Positions 8,716 to 16,898 of a DNA stretch of 32,000 nucleotides are shown here, one piece after another. Under the pieces are notes generated by a model, which saw nothing but the letters and a program-made list of their open reading frames with translations, had not been told where the DNA came from and ran no database searches. Both the position numbers and the translations under genes were made by a program. Within the stretch, counting starts at the first letter, position 1. The number at the start of each line of letters is the position of its first letter. Source of the stretch: Okeania sp. (GTDB lineage Bacteria; Cyanobacteriota; Cyanobacteriia; Cyanobacteriales; Microcoleaceae); assembly GCF_035285525.1 (NCBI RefSeq), contig NZ_JAYKGW010000017.1, positions 1 through 32,000 on the forward strand, given 5' to 3'.

Positions 8716-8739
8716 AGGTTCCCTATTTCTAGAAAACCT
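8716..8739. promoter_or_regulatory. Cassette palindrome, decayed copy (aggttcccta-tttc-tagaaaacct)
   Basis: Lies 48-71 nt upstream of the 8372-8668 ORF start and downstream of the 8804 stop. There are 2-3 stem mismatches. A second hairpin, aagtcaat-N9-attgactt, lies at ~8761-8785. Confidence 0.4.
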
Positions 8740-8803
8740 CTTTAATTATAATTGATAATCAAGTCAATAAAAACTAAATTGACTTATGCTTTAGTTTTAA
8801 GTG

Positions 8804-9076
8804 TTAGTATCCAATAGGATTTTTTAGTATTAGTTGAAGTTCTAAATAAATTGGTAATCTATCAATTTCTCTACATAGATTTGATAAAGGTTCACCATTT
8901 GATTTTCTCTGTAGATAAACTCCTTTCAACAAAACTTCTAACCCATACTTTGTCAGTGCATCTGATGCCAGTCCTATTACTCCCAAAAATGCGATACCAC
9001 CAATCATTCCTCCCGGCCCTAACATTGCTAATGTTGCTGTAATTGCTGCTGCACCCCTTAAACCAGTAGTTGCCAT
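8804..9076 (-). CDS. Small glycine-zipper membrane protein (cassette gene 1), apparently N-terminally truncated by a frameshift
   Basis: 90 aa, with TLAMLGPGGMIGGIAFLGVIGLA. An 18-codon ORF (9138-9085, MDEVVRKIASLGLPGIVF*) lies just upstream. Adding one T to the tttt run at 9085-9088 would join the two into one 111-aa protein. Confidence 0.55.
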   Translation of the reverse strand: MATTGLRGAAAITATLAMLGPGGMIGGIAFLGVIGLASDALTKYGLEVLLKGVYLQRKSNGEPLSNLCREIDRLPIYLELQLILKNPIGY

Positions 9077-9231
9077 TGCAATTAAAATACAATACCAGGT
9101 AATCCTAGACTTGCTATCTTTCTTACAACTTCATCCATAACTACTTTTTGCTGTTACTAAATAAAAATTTTTGCTGGTAAAATTATAACAGAAAATTGTA
9201 TTAATAACTTGGGCAAAAAATATATTTAATT

Positions 9232-9642
9232 CTATTCCACGTCTAACCAATTCTCTAAATTTATTCCCTCCACTCTAGACATATCATAATCATTAGAAAC
9301 TAAAGTTAAATTATTAGTAATTGCCGTTGCTGCAATAAGTATATCCGCATCTTGAATAGGTCGCCCTTTCCTTCTCAAATTTATGTGAATTTCTGTTGCT
9401 TTTTCAATAACTTCTAAATTGTCTAAAAACAAAATTGTAACCTCTTGACAAAATTTGTTAAACTTGGAGAGTTGCCTAGTAGCATTGACATACAATAATC
9501 CTCTTTTAATTTCATAATAGGTAATACAACTGATAAATATATCTTCTTCTAAAAATTTAACCTGTTTAAATTTATCAGTTGCTATTTTATTCTGTTTCAA
9601 AATTGCAGTAACTAAATTTGTATCTAGTAGATAACCCACCAT
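9232..9642 (-). CDS. vapC: PIN-domain ribonuclease toxin (VapC family), paralogue 2
   Basis: 136 aa with an ATG start 2 nt after the upstream ORF stop. LLDTN, YYEI, QDADILIAATA and VSND motifs are present. The C-terminal 69 aa differ from paralogue 1 at 3 positions. Confidence 0.85.
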   Translation of the reverse strand: MVGYLLDTNLVTAILKQNKIATDKFKQVKFLEEDIFISCITYYEIKRGLLYVNATRQLSKFNKFCQEVTILFLDNLEVIEKATEIHINLRRKGRPIQDADILIAATAITNNLTLVSNDYDMSRVEGINLENWLDVE

Positions 9643-9644
9643 TT

Positions 9645-9935
9645 TTATCTCCCTTCAACTACTGCATTAAACATTTCTATTTGCTCTGGAGTAAAATCAT
9701 CAAATATTGTCGATAATAGTTCTATTGACATTACTCCTCTAACTTTCTTTGTCAGTCTTTCATCATCTAGAGGTACTACCATTTGAGGTGAAACTTTATC
9801 TAATAATGTAGAAAAACTATCAATGAGTTGATTTTTATCTAATTCTTGATAAAGACTATCGTTTTCCATAACTTGGTCAATTATTACTGAAATTCTTTTA
9901 ATTGCTGTATTTTTTTCCACAGAAGCTTGAGTCAT
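9645..9935 (-). CDS. 96-aa acidic helical protein, putative cognate antitoxin, paralogue 3
   Basis: AGGAGGAG lies 4-5 nt before the ATG. It is collinear with 8012-8302 over its full length and has the same C-terminus, EMFNAVVEGR. Confidence 0.7.
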   Translation of the reverse strand: MTQASVEKNTAIKRISVIIDQVMENDSLYQELDKNQLIDSFSTLLDKVSPQMVVPLDDERLTKKVRGVMSIELLSTIFDDFTPEQIEMFNAVVEGR

Positions 9936-9967
9936 AATCTCCTCCTAATTATATAAACAAATTTAAA

Positions 9968-9991
9968 AGGTTCCCTATTTCTAGAGAACCT
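9968..9991. promoter_or_regulatory. Cassette palindrome (aggttcccta-tttc-tagagaacct, one mismatch)
   Basis: Same position relative to the 9645-9935 ORF as the copy at 8716. It is followed, on the minus strand, by a T-rich run and tatataat. Confidence 0.4.
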
Positions 9992-10147
9992 CTTTAATTA
10001 TAGTTTAATTATAGTTGATAATCAAGTCAATAAAAACCAAATTGACTTATGTTTTAGTTTTAACTATTAGTATCCAATATACCAATCCTAAATTAGTTAT
10101 GACAAGGTGGCTTATAAATCGAAAAAGCGCTTTAGAAAAAAATCAAA

Positions 10148-10336
10148 TCAATTGCCTAATATTTCTTTTATTGTTAGCAAAAAGTTGAGCCAAACTTGGT
10201 GCATTAACCAAAACATATACAACCCTGTTAAAGAACTACTAATAATAGTCAATTCAAAACTTCTAACTGTCTTTCCTATAGCTATAAATATTCCCAATAG
10301 TGAGAAAGTTACAATTACAGTAGATAGCTCCAGCAT
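10148..10336 (-). CDS. Small hydrophobic ORF, probable decayed paralogue of the 8804-9076 membrane protein
   Basis: AAGGAG lies 11 nt before the ATG and the N-terminus is hydrophobic. DNA at 10066-10110 still carries a relic of the paralogue C-terminus (..YIGY* versus NPIGY*) behind stop codons. Confidence 0.3.
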   Translation of the reverse strand: MLELSTVIVTFSLLGIFIAIGKTVRSFELTIISSSLTGLYMFWLMHQVWLNFLLTIKEILGN

Positions 10337-10365
10337 TATCTAAATTCTCCTTAATAAAATTCAAA

Positions 10366-10389
10366 AGGTTCCCTATTTCTAGGGAACCT
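10366..10389. promoter_or_regulatory. Cassette palindrome, perfect copy (aggttcccta-tttc-tagggaacct)
   Basis: Perfect 10-bp arms with a 4-nt loop, ~30 nt upstream of the 10336 start. The flanking ttaattata.ttgata is shared with the other two copies. Confidence 0.45.
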
Positions 10390-10527
10390 TTCTAATTATA
10401 GTTGATATTTTAAGATAGCTAATAGGCAGATATAACACTACGCAATATGTAGGGGCGAATGGCAGTCGCCCTCACTAGATAAACGTGTCCGCGCGGCTGA
10501 CTGCTGAATGCTTATCCACCATCGAAA

Positions 10528-12546
10528 CTAACCTAATACTTCCCTAGCTTTAGCAACAATGTTATCAACAGTAAATCCAAACTTCTCTAACACAACATCA
10601 CCAGGAGCAGAAGCACCAAAAGTATCAACACTTATAGTCGCACCTTCATCAGTCACATAACGATGCCAGCCAAAACTAACACCTGCTTCTACTGCTAAAC
10701 GCTTCTTCACAGCAGCAGGGAAAACAGACTCCTTATAAGCTGCATCCTGCTCTTCAAATAACTTCCAACATGGCATAGAAACTACCCGCACTTTCTTACC
10801 TTCTGCACGGAGTATTTCCCCAGCATCAACACATTGGTAAGTTTCGCCACCAGTACCAATTAAGATAATATCTGGAGTACCTTCGCTATCAGTAACAATA
10901 TATGCACCTTTAGCAACTGCATCAATAGAAGTACCAGCTAAATTAGGTAAACCTTGACGAGATAATGCTAATAAAGTAGGTTGAGGATGACTTGCTTTAG
11001 CTCTTTCTACCGCAACCTTATATGCACCAGAAGTTTCATTACCATCCGCAGGACGCATAACCAGTAATTGAGGAATCAAACGTAAAGATGCAATATGTTC
11101 AACTGGTTGGTGAGTTGGGCCGTCTTCACCTAAAGCGATGGAGTCGTGAGTCATTACCCAGATAACACCAGCTTCAGCTAAAGCAGATAAACGGATGGAG
11201 TTCCGCATATAATCTGTGAACACCAAGAATGTTGCACCATAAGGAATTAAACCTGAACCGTGGAGAGCAATACCGTTACAAATAGCTCCCATACCATGTT
11301 CCCGAACACCGAAGCGCAGATTTCGATTTTGATATTGACCTTTTTGGAAATCTCCTAAACCTTTCATTAAAGTCTTGTTAGAAGGTGCTAAGTCAGCGGA
11401 ACCACCAATTAATTCTGGTAAAACTCCAGCGATAGCATTTAGTGTTGCGCCAGATTGGTTACGAGTAGCATCCTTCTTGCTTTCCGGAGTATATTTAGGT
11501 AGTGCATCCGCCCAACCTTCAGGTAGTTTACCACTTACCATTCTTTCTAGAGTCGCTGCATCTTCAGGATACTTAGACTTATAATCAGAGAATAACTGAT
11601 TCCATTCTTCCTCAGATTTTGCGCCCCTATCGACTGCTTTACGGAAATGACTCAAAACATCCGCAGGAACTTCAAACTCTGGATATTCCCAACCAAGATT
11701 TTTCCGAGTAGCTGCTACTTCCTCAAGTCCGAGTGCTGCACCGTGAACATCATGAGTATCAGCTTTGTTAGGAGAACCATAACCAATCAGAGTAGTAACC
11801 TTGATTAAGGAAGGTTTATCAGTAACTGCTTTTGCTTTTTCAATAGCTTCAGCGATCGCGTCTAAACCAGTATTACCATCCTCAACGTGTTGAACGTGCC
11901 AACCATAAGCTTCAAAACGTTTGCTTACATCCTCAGTAAAGGAAATATCAGTATGACCATCAATAGAAATATGGTTATCATCATAGAAAGCGATTAACTT
12001 ACCTAAACCCCAGTGTCCAGCAAGAGAACAAGCTTCACCAGAAATTCCTTCCATGTTACAACCATCACCCATAATTACATAAGTGTAATGGTCAATCAAA
12101 TTACAATCTGGCTTATTAAATACAGCAGCTAAATGAGCTTCAGCAGCAGCTAATCCCACAGCATTAGCAATACCTTGTCCGAGTGGCCCAGTAGTAACTT
12201 CTATACCTTCAGTAATATGATTTTCTGGGTGGCCAGGAGTTTTAGAATCCCACTGACGGAATTGCTTAATTTCTTCGATAGGTACACTGTCATAACCAGT
12301 TAAGTGCATTAAAGCGTACTGTAACATACAGCCGTGGCCAGCAGAGAGAACGAAGCGATCGCGATTTAACCATTTAGGATTTTTGGGGTTAAAGCGCATG
12401 AACTTGTCCCAGAGAACAAAGGCCATTGGAGCAGCACCCATTGGCAATCCTGGATGGCCAGAGTTAGCTTTTTGGACTGCATCAATGGCTAAGAAACGGA
12501 TGGCATTAATACAAAGTTCTTCGAGTGATTGAGTTGCAACAGCCAT
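10528..12546 (-). CDS. tkt: Transketolase
   Basis: 672 aa. N-terminus [28 protein letters not shown], the thiamine-diphosphate motif [13 protein letters not shown], and the length are all typical. Confidence 0.95.
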   Translation of the reverse strand: MAVATQSLEELCINAIRFLAIDAVQKANSGHPGLPMGAAPMAFVLWDKFMRFNPKNPKWLNRDRFVLSAGHGCMLQYALMHLTGYDSVPIEEIKQFRQWDSKTPGHPENHITEGIEVTTGPLGQGIANAVGLAAAEAHLAAVFNKPDCNLIDHYTYVIMGDGCNMEGISGEACSLAGHWGLGKLIAFYDDNHISIDGHTDISFTEDVSKRFEAYGWHVQHVEDGNTGLDAIAEAIEKAKAVTDKPSLIKVTTLIGYGSPNKADTHDVHGAALGLEEVAATRKNLGWEYPEFEVPADVLSHFRKAVDRGAKSEEEWNQLFSDYKSKYPEDAATLERMVSGKLPEGWADALPKYTPESKKDATRNQSGATLNAIAGVLPELIGGSADLAPSNKTLMKGLGDFQKGQYQNRNLRFGVREHGMGAICNGIALHGSGLIPYGATFLVFTDYMRNSIRLSALAEAGVIWVMTHDSIALGEDGPTHQPVEHIASLRLIPQLLVMRPADGNETSGAYKVAVERAKASHPQPTLLALSRQGLPNLAGTSIDAVAKGAYIVTDSEGTPDIILIGTGGETYQCVDAGEILRAEGKKVRVVSMPCWKLFEEQDAAYKESVFPAAVKKRLAVEAGVSFGWHRYVTDEGATISVDTFGASAPGDVVLEKFGFTVDNIVAKAREVLG

Positions 12547-12736
12547 AATTATTGTTTTTGTGTATCTAAATAGTTAATTGTGTTAGTGCCAGAGCTTGAG
12601 GAGCAGGTATTTTTTTTGAGTAATACTACTCCCGAATTATGCTCAGGCCATATACATTACAAATCATCTCACTTGTAGGGAACTCTAGGCAAGAGAAGTC
12701 ATCAAGTTAAAAATTTTCTGGCTGTTTATTACAAAT

Positions 12737-12827
12737 AGGACTTACGCACTGGGAAGGAATTTTGGTTATTTGAGATTGCTTCGCTGTCCCTCGCCATGAC
12801 AGAAATACGTTGCTTTGCGTAAGTCCT
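12737..12827. mobile_element. MITE-like 91-bp element, copy 2 (perfect TIRs aggacttacgca / tgcgtaagtcct)
   Basis: TIRs at 12737-12748 and 12816-12827. It lies in the tkt upstream spacer. Confidence 0.5.
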
Positions 12828-13187
12828 GACAAAATTAAACTTATGATAATAGAGGATATTTTATTGTCAATTGTTATACCCTTTTTGGAGTAGGCAAGGT
12901 ATGGAAGGTTTCAGGGAAAGTCCGTGTTGATTAATGTTCCCCAAAATCCTTACCAAAAAATGAGGGTATGTGTCTACCCTGGTTCGGGGATTAAAAAATA
13001 TTTAACTCAGTATTCCAAGTCTCTGACTTTAATCTGAGGTTCACTGATAACTGAAATGACCTTTTTCTTTCTTCCTTTTATATATCCCTTACAGGAAACT
13101 CCTGAAAATCTTGAGACCCACCCCTAGCCAGGAGGGGAAGGGGGAGAAGGGAGCTGGGGAGAAAGGAGAAAACATCATAGTAGCTAT

Positions 13188-13624
13188 GGCGTGTCATCAA
13201 TTAAATAAGTTGACAAAAAAGCTGTTGTCTGTTTTGTGAAAATGGCGATCACGATTGAGTAGGTTCAGATACAGGGTACCACACCTGAAATTGTCTAGTT
13301 GGTAGGGGCGGGTTTCTCAGTTAAATGAACTATTTTTCACGCATTCAGTTAAATAAACCCGCCACCCAATGATATAATAAAAACTTTTAGCTTTGTCAGT
13401 TCACTACTTTTGTTAACCAAGCTTCTAACGTCTAATTGATGACACACCCTAGCACGCCTGAAATTGTCCGGTCGGTAGGGCGGGTTTCTCAGTTAAATGA
13501 ACTATTTTTCACGCATTCAGTTAGATAAACCCGCCACCCAATGATATAATAGAAACTTTTAGCTTTGTCAGTTCACTACTTTTGTTAACCAAGCTTCTAA
13601 CGTCTAATTGATGACACACCCTAA
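13188..13624. repeat. TIR-bounded element whose right ~173 bp is tandemly duplicated
   Basis: Units 13280-13452 and 13453-13624 are near-identical. ggcgtgtcatcaatta (13188-13203) is the inverse of taattgatgacacacc at the end of each unit. Each unit holds the 9-bp stem ggcgggttt...aaacccgcc. Confidence 0.6.
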
Positions 13625-13854
13625 GTAAAACTACTTGCTTAAGCGATCGCCAAAAAAATGTGTTTTTTCATACATTTTTTTCCAAAAAAAGCTGAATTAA
13701 GGTATTTACATAAGTTGTCAATTTTGTCAAGTTACATATTAAAAAATATGTGGGTAAAGCATCGATAAGACCGTAGGGGTTTGGTCTCCCAACCCTCTAG
13801 AAATATGGGTAGAATTTAAGACCGTAGGGGTTTGGTCTCCTAACCCTATCTAGA

Positions 13855-13895
13855 AAAGAAAAATCCCACGCTATAGTATAAAGTTAGCATGGGAG
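13855..13895 (-). terminator. Rho-independent terminator candidate for fabF
   Basis: On the minus strand: cccatgc-N15-gcgtggg (one G-U pair) followed by atttttctttt, ~60 nt after the fabF stop. Confidence 0.4.
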
Positions 13896-13952
13896 TTTCA
13901 CTCAAGATTAAAAACCTATCCAGTTAGCCAAGACGACCTGCTATCAGATATC

Positions 13953-15203
13953 TTATATATATTTCTTAAATGCGAGAGTGACATTATGGCCTCCAAATCC
14001 AAATGAATTAGATAAAGCTGCTTCTACTTTTTTCTCAATACTTCTATGGGGGACATAATTTAGGTCACATTCTGGATCGGGATTATCCAAGTTAATAGTT
14101 GGTGGAATTTTGTCATTGGCGATCGCCATTACTGTTGCTATGGCTTCAATACCTCCAGAGCCACCCAATAAATGGCCAGTCATTGACTTAGTTGAACTAA
14201 TTGCGATCTTCTCAGCACTTTTACCTAATGCTTTTTTAATTGCTTTTGTTTCAGTTGGGTCATTTGCTGGTGTACTTGTACCGTGGGCATTTATATAACT
14301 AATATCTTCTGGAGTTAAACCAGCATCTTTCATGGCCAACTGTATAGCTCTGGTTGCTCCCTCTCCATCTTTTGAAGGAGCTGTTATATGATAAGCATCA
14401 CAAGTCATACCATAACCAACCATTTCTGCATATATTCTCGCTCCTCTACTCAAAGCATACTCTAATTCTTCCAAAATGAGAATACCTGCACCTTCACCCA
14501 TAACAAAACCATCCCGATCACGGTCAAAAGGACGATTTGCACGAGTTGGGTCATCATTACGAGTAGATAAAGCTTTAACAGCAGCAAACCCTGCTAGTCC
14601 CAAAGGCGTAACTGCTGATTCTGTCCCACCACAAATCATTGCTTGAGCAAACCCTCTTTTAATTAGACGAAAAGCATCTCCTATAGCATTAGATCCAGCA
14701 GCACAAGCAGTCACAGTACAAGAATTTGGTCCTTTAGCCCCAGTATGAATTGCCGTCAGACCTGCGGCCATATTAGCAATCATCATCGGAATCATAAAGG
14801 GACTACACCTAGAAGGGCCACGACTCAAATAAATCTCTTGCTGATCTTCTAATACTTGAATGCCACCTACCCCAGTGCCAATGATTACCCCTACCTGTTC
14901 TGCGTTTAGGTCGTTGATTTCAAATTTGGCATCAGCAACAGCTTGTTTGCTCGCTGCAATTGCAAACTGAGAAAAGCGGTCTGCATGTTTTGCTTGTTTG
15001 GTCTCCATGTAGTCGTGAGGGTCAAATCCCTTTACTTCTCCTGCAATACGACATTTGTGTCGGGAAGCATCGAATCGGGTTATTAGTCCTATACCATTTT
15101 TGCCACTTAATAACCCATCCCAGTAATCAGATAAAGTGTTGCCTATTGGTGTTAATGCACCCATTCCTGTGACAACTACCCGTTTAAGTTCGTTATTTGT
15201 CAT
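13953..15203 (-). CDS. fabF: Beta-ketoacyl-ACP synthase II
   Basis: KRVVVTGMGALTPIGN N-terminus, active-site TACAAGSNAIG (Cys), NAHGTSTP and GHLLGGSGG His blocks. I prefer the ATG at 15203 (MTNNELK) to the GTG at 15230 used by the ORF track. Confidence 0.93.
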   Translation of the reverse strand: MTNNELKRVVVTGMGALTPIGNTLSDYWDGLLSGKNGIGLITRFDASRHKCRIAGEVKGFDPHDYMETKQAKHADRFSQFAIAASKQAVADAKFEINDLNAEQVGVIIGTGVGGIQVLEDQQEIYLSRGPSRCSPFMIPMMIANMAAGLTAIHTGAKGPNSCTVTACAAGSNAIGDAFRLIKRGFAQAMICGGTESAVTPLGLAGFAAVKALSTRNDDPTRANRPFDRDRDGFVMGEGAGILILEELEYALSRGARIYAEMVGYGMTCDAYHITAPSKDGEGATRAIQLAMKDAGLTPEDISYINAHGTSTPANDPTETKAIKKALGKSAEKIAISSTKSMTGHLLGGSGGIEAIATVMAIANDKIPPTINLDNPDPECDLNYVPHRSIEKKVEAALSNSFGFGGHNVTLAFKKYI

Positions 15204-15699
15204 AATTTTTTGTTTCCAGAAATTCCACACCCATAAAGCAGAAACTTTTGGCTGTGAGGTTTTCTAGCTTTTTACTTCAAGAAGCATAACGCTAGGTCTC
15301 CCAAACTTACTGATATAGCTCTCTGCTTTCAAGGCAGACAAACCCCATCGACTCCACAGACATAAATCCTATGACTCAGCTAACTTCAATGGAGAATTTT
15401 AGCTATTGACGCCTTAACGTTTGACTTTGGGAATTTCAGCCTATGTTGTATCTTCAATTATTAATATTTTGTTAGAGAGATTTACAATTGCTACTAATTA
15501 AGTTAAGTACATTACTATAACATTAACCTAAAAAAACACCAAAATTTTACCTAATAATTAATAATTAAATAATTCGCGCCTTGAAGCCTCCCCTTTAAAG
15601 GGGAAAAAATAAATTTTTTCCTTTTATTCAATCCTATCCGTTTTTAGGGAGAGGTAATTATCAATTATCCATTATTGAACTGCCCCATTATTTGCTTTG

Positions 15700-15742
15700 C
15701 GACAATAAATAAGCACCCGTTAAGCTAAAGCTATAACGGGAG
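15700..15742 (-). terminator. Terminator candidate downstream of acpP
   Basis: Stem cccgtta (15716-15722) / taacggg (15734-15740), ~35 nt after the acpP stop, followed on the minus strand by tgcttatttatt. Confidence 0.35.
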
Positions 15743-15775
15743 ATTAATTCTCAACACATTGACAGTGGTAAATAA

Positions 15776-16024
15776 TTATGCTGTGGCTGGTACTTGTTTC
15801 TCAATATAATCTACAGCATCTTGGACAATAACAATTTTTTCTGCGTCTTCGTCTGGAATCTCAATGTCAAATTCTTCTTCTAATGCCATAACCAATTCTA
15901 CAGTATCTAAAGAATCAGCTCCTAGATCAGTAGCAAAGTTAGCTTCTGGCTTTACTTTTTCTTTATCGACTTCCAGTTGTTTAGCCACAATGTCCTGCAC
16001 TTTGTTGAAAACTTCTGTGCTCAT
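15776..16024 (-). CDS. acpP: Acyl carrier protein
   Basis: 82 aa, acidic, with the phosphopantetheine attachment motif [12 protein letters not shown]. Confidence 0.95.
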   Translation of the reverse strand: MSTEVFNKVQDIVAKQLEVDKEKVKPEANFATDLGADSLDTVELVMALEEEFDIEIPDEDAEKIVIVQDAVDYIEKQVPATA

Positions 16025-16560
16025 AAAATGCTCTCCTTACTTTAAATTATTTTAGATGTTGCGTTTCTGATTTTATCTGAAACTGGGTTAAAGCTAACTA
16101 TATAATTCGAGTTTGCTAAAAAAGTATGAGTGGTAAAGGTAGAAAGTAGAAGGCAGGAGACAGAAGGAATGGGAATTAAAGAATCGTCTCTTGATTTTCT
16201 TCCCCTTTCTTGCCCAAAATGCTAGATTTTTGATTTTTTCGGGAACCGTACCTGAGACAACTAAAAGCTGGTACTTTATTAGTACCTGAAAAGGCTACAA
16301 CCTTTACATATAAAAGTTTTGACAAATAAAGTTTTTAGCAATTTTATGCCTAAAAAAAAGTACCAACCAGCTTTTAGGTCAAAAAGGTACAAAAATTTAG
16401 CATAATTAAAGTTTAGTAGGATAGAAAAATCAAGAGAAAATTGTGCCAACTAATACCTCTATAAGTCCTATTCTTCCTCACTCTTAACTACTCCCTACTC
16501 CCTACCTTAACCATCAGACTTTTCAGCAAACCCTATATTATTGCTCTGCTGAATATATCT

Positions 16561-16685
16561 AAAAGCATTGACATTCTAAACTTTTAGCCTTTTTTGATCG
16601 AAAAAAGTACCTAGTTTTTGGCTCTTGTTGTCTTAAAATGGTAAATTTTTGACCAACATTGTTAGAAAATTTGACCGTAGCAGAT
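16561..16685 (+). repeat. Dispersed ~125-bp repeat, best-preserved copy pair with 27282-27408
   Basis: Aligns end to end with the reverse complement of 27282-27408: aaaagcattRaca...gaaaaaagtacct..tttttggct.ttgt..tc..aaaatggtaaa..tttgac...ttg..agaaaatttg.ccgtagcagat. Confidence 0.6.
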
Positions 16686-16898
16686 AGTTTAAACTGTTGC
16701 TTGTTGCCTGTTGCCTACCTTTTGGGATTTGGTTTTACCTTTTTCTGTTTTCTGTACGTCCGGTCTTTTTAGGTAAATTCTCTCCAGATATGGAAGAATG
16801 AAAAGTTTAACAAATATATAAACATAAGCTTAATATCATTAAGAGTATAAAATCTATGTTTATAAAATAATGTTTCTATTCCTATATTTTTTCATGTC

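Noticed and set aside
8851-9092. ORFs 8851-9042 (+) and 8892-9092 (-) overlapping the membrane-protein gene
   Set aside because: These are alternative frames of the same DNA. The frame giving a glycine-zipper hydrophobic protein, and continuity with the upstream 18 codons, is far more plausible.
10107-10343. 78-aa plus-strand ORF opposite the small hydrophobic ORF
   Set aside because: No RBS and a lysine/asparagine-rich low-complexity sequence. The minus-strand reading has an AAGGAG and is homologous in position to the other cassette. Even that call is weak.
10448-10478. Hairpin gggcga-N7-tcgccc downstream of tkt as its terminator
   Set aside because: No T-run follows on the minus strand, and the sequence belongs to the gtagggRc...gYccctac dispersed hairpin family, so the terminator call is unsupported.
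13280-13624. Possible CRISPR array (also considered for 22084-22434)
   Set aside because: Units abut each other with no unique spacers, the unit lengths (173 bp and ~87 bp) are wrong, and there are no cas genes. These are tandem duplications of dispersed repeats.
11375-16055. Antisense ORFs inside tkt (11375-11584), fabF (14110-14298, 14960-15172) and acpP (15864-16055)
   Set aside because: They lie opposite strongly conserved genes and are typical shadow ORFs.
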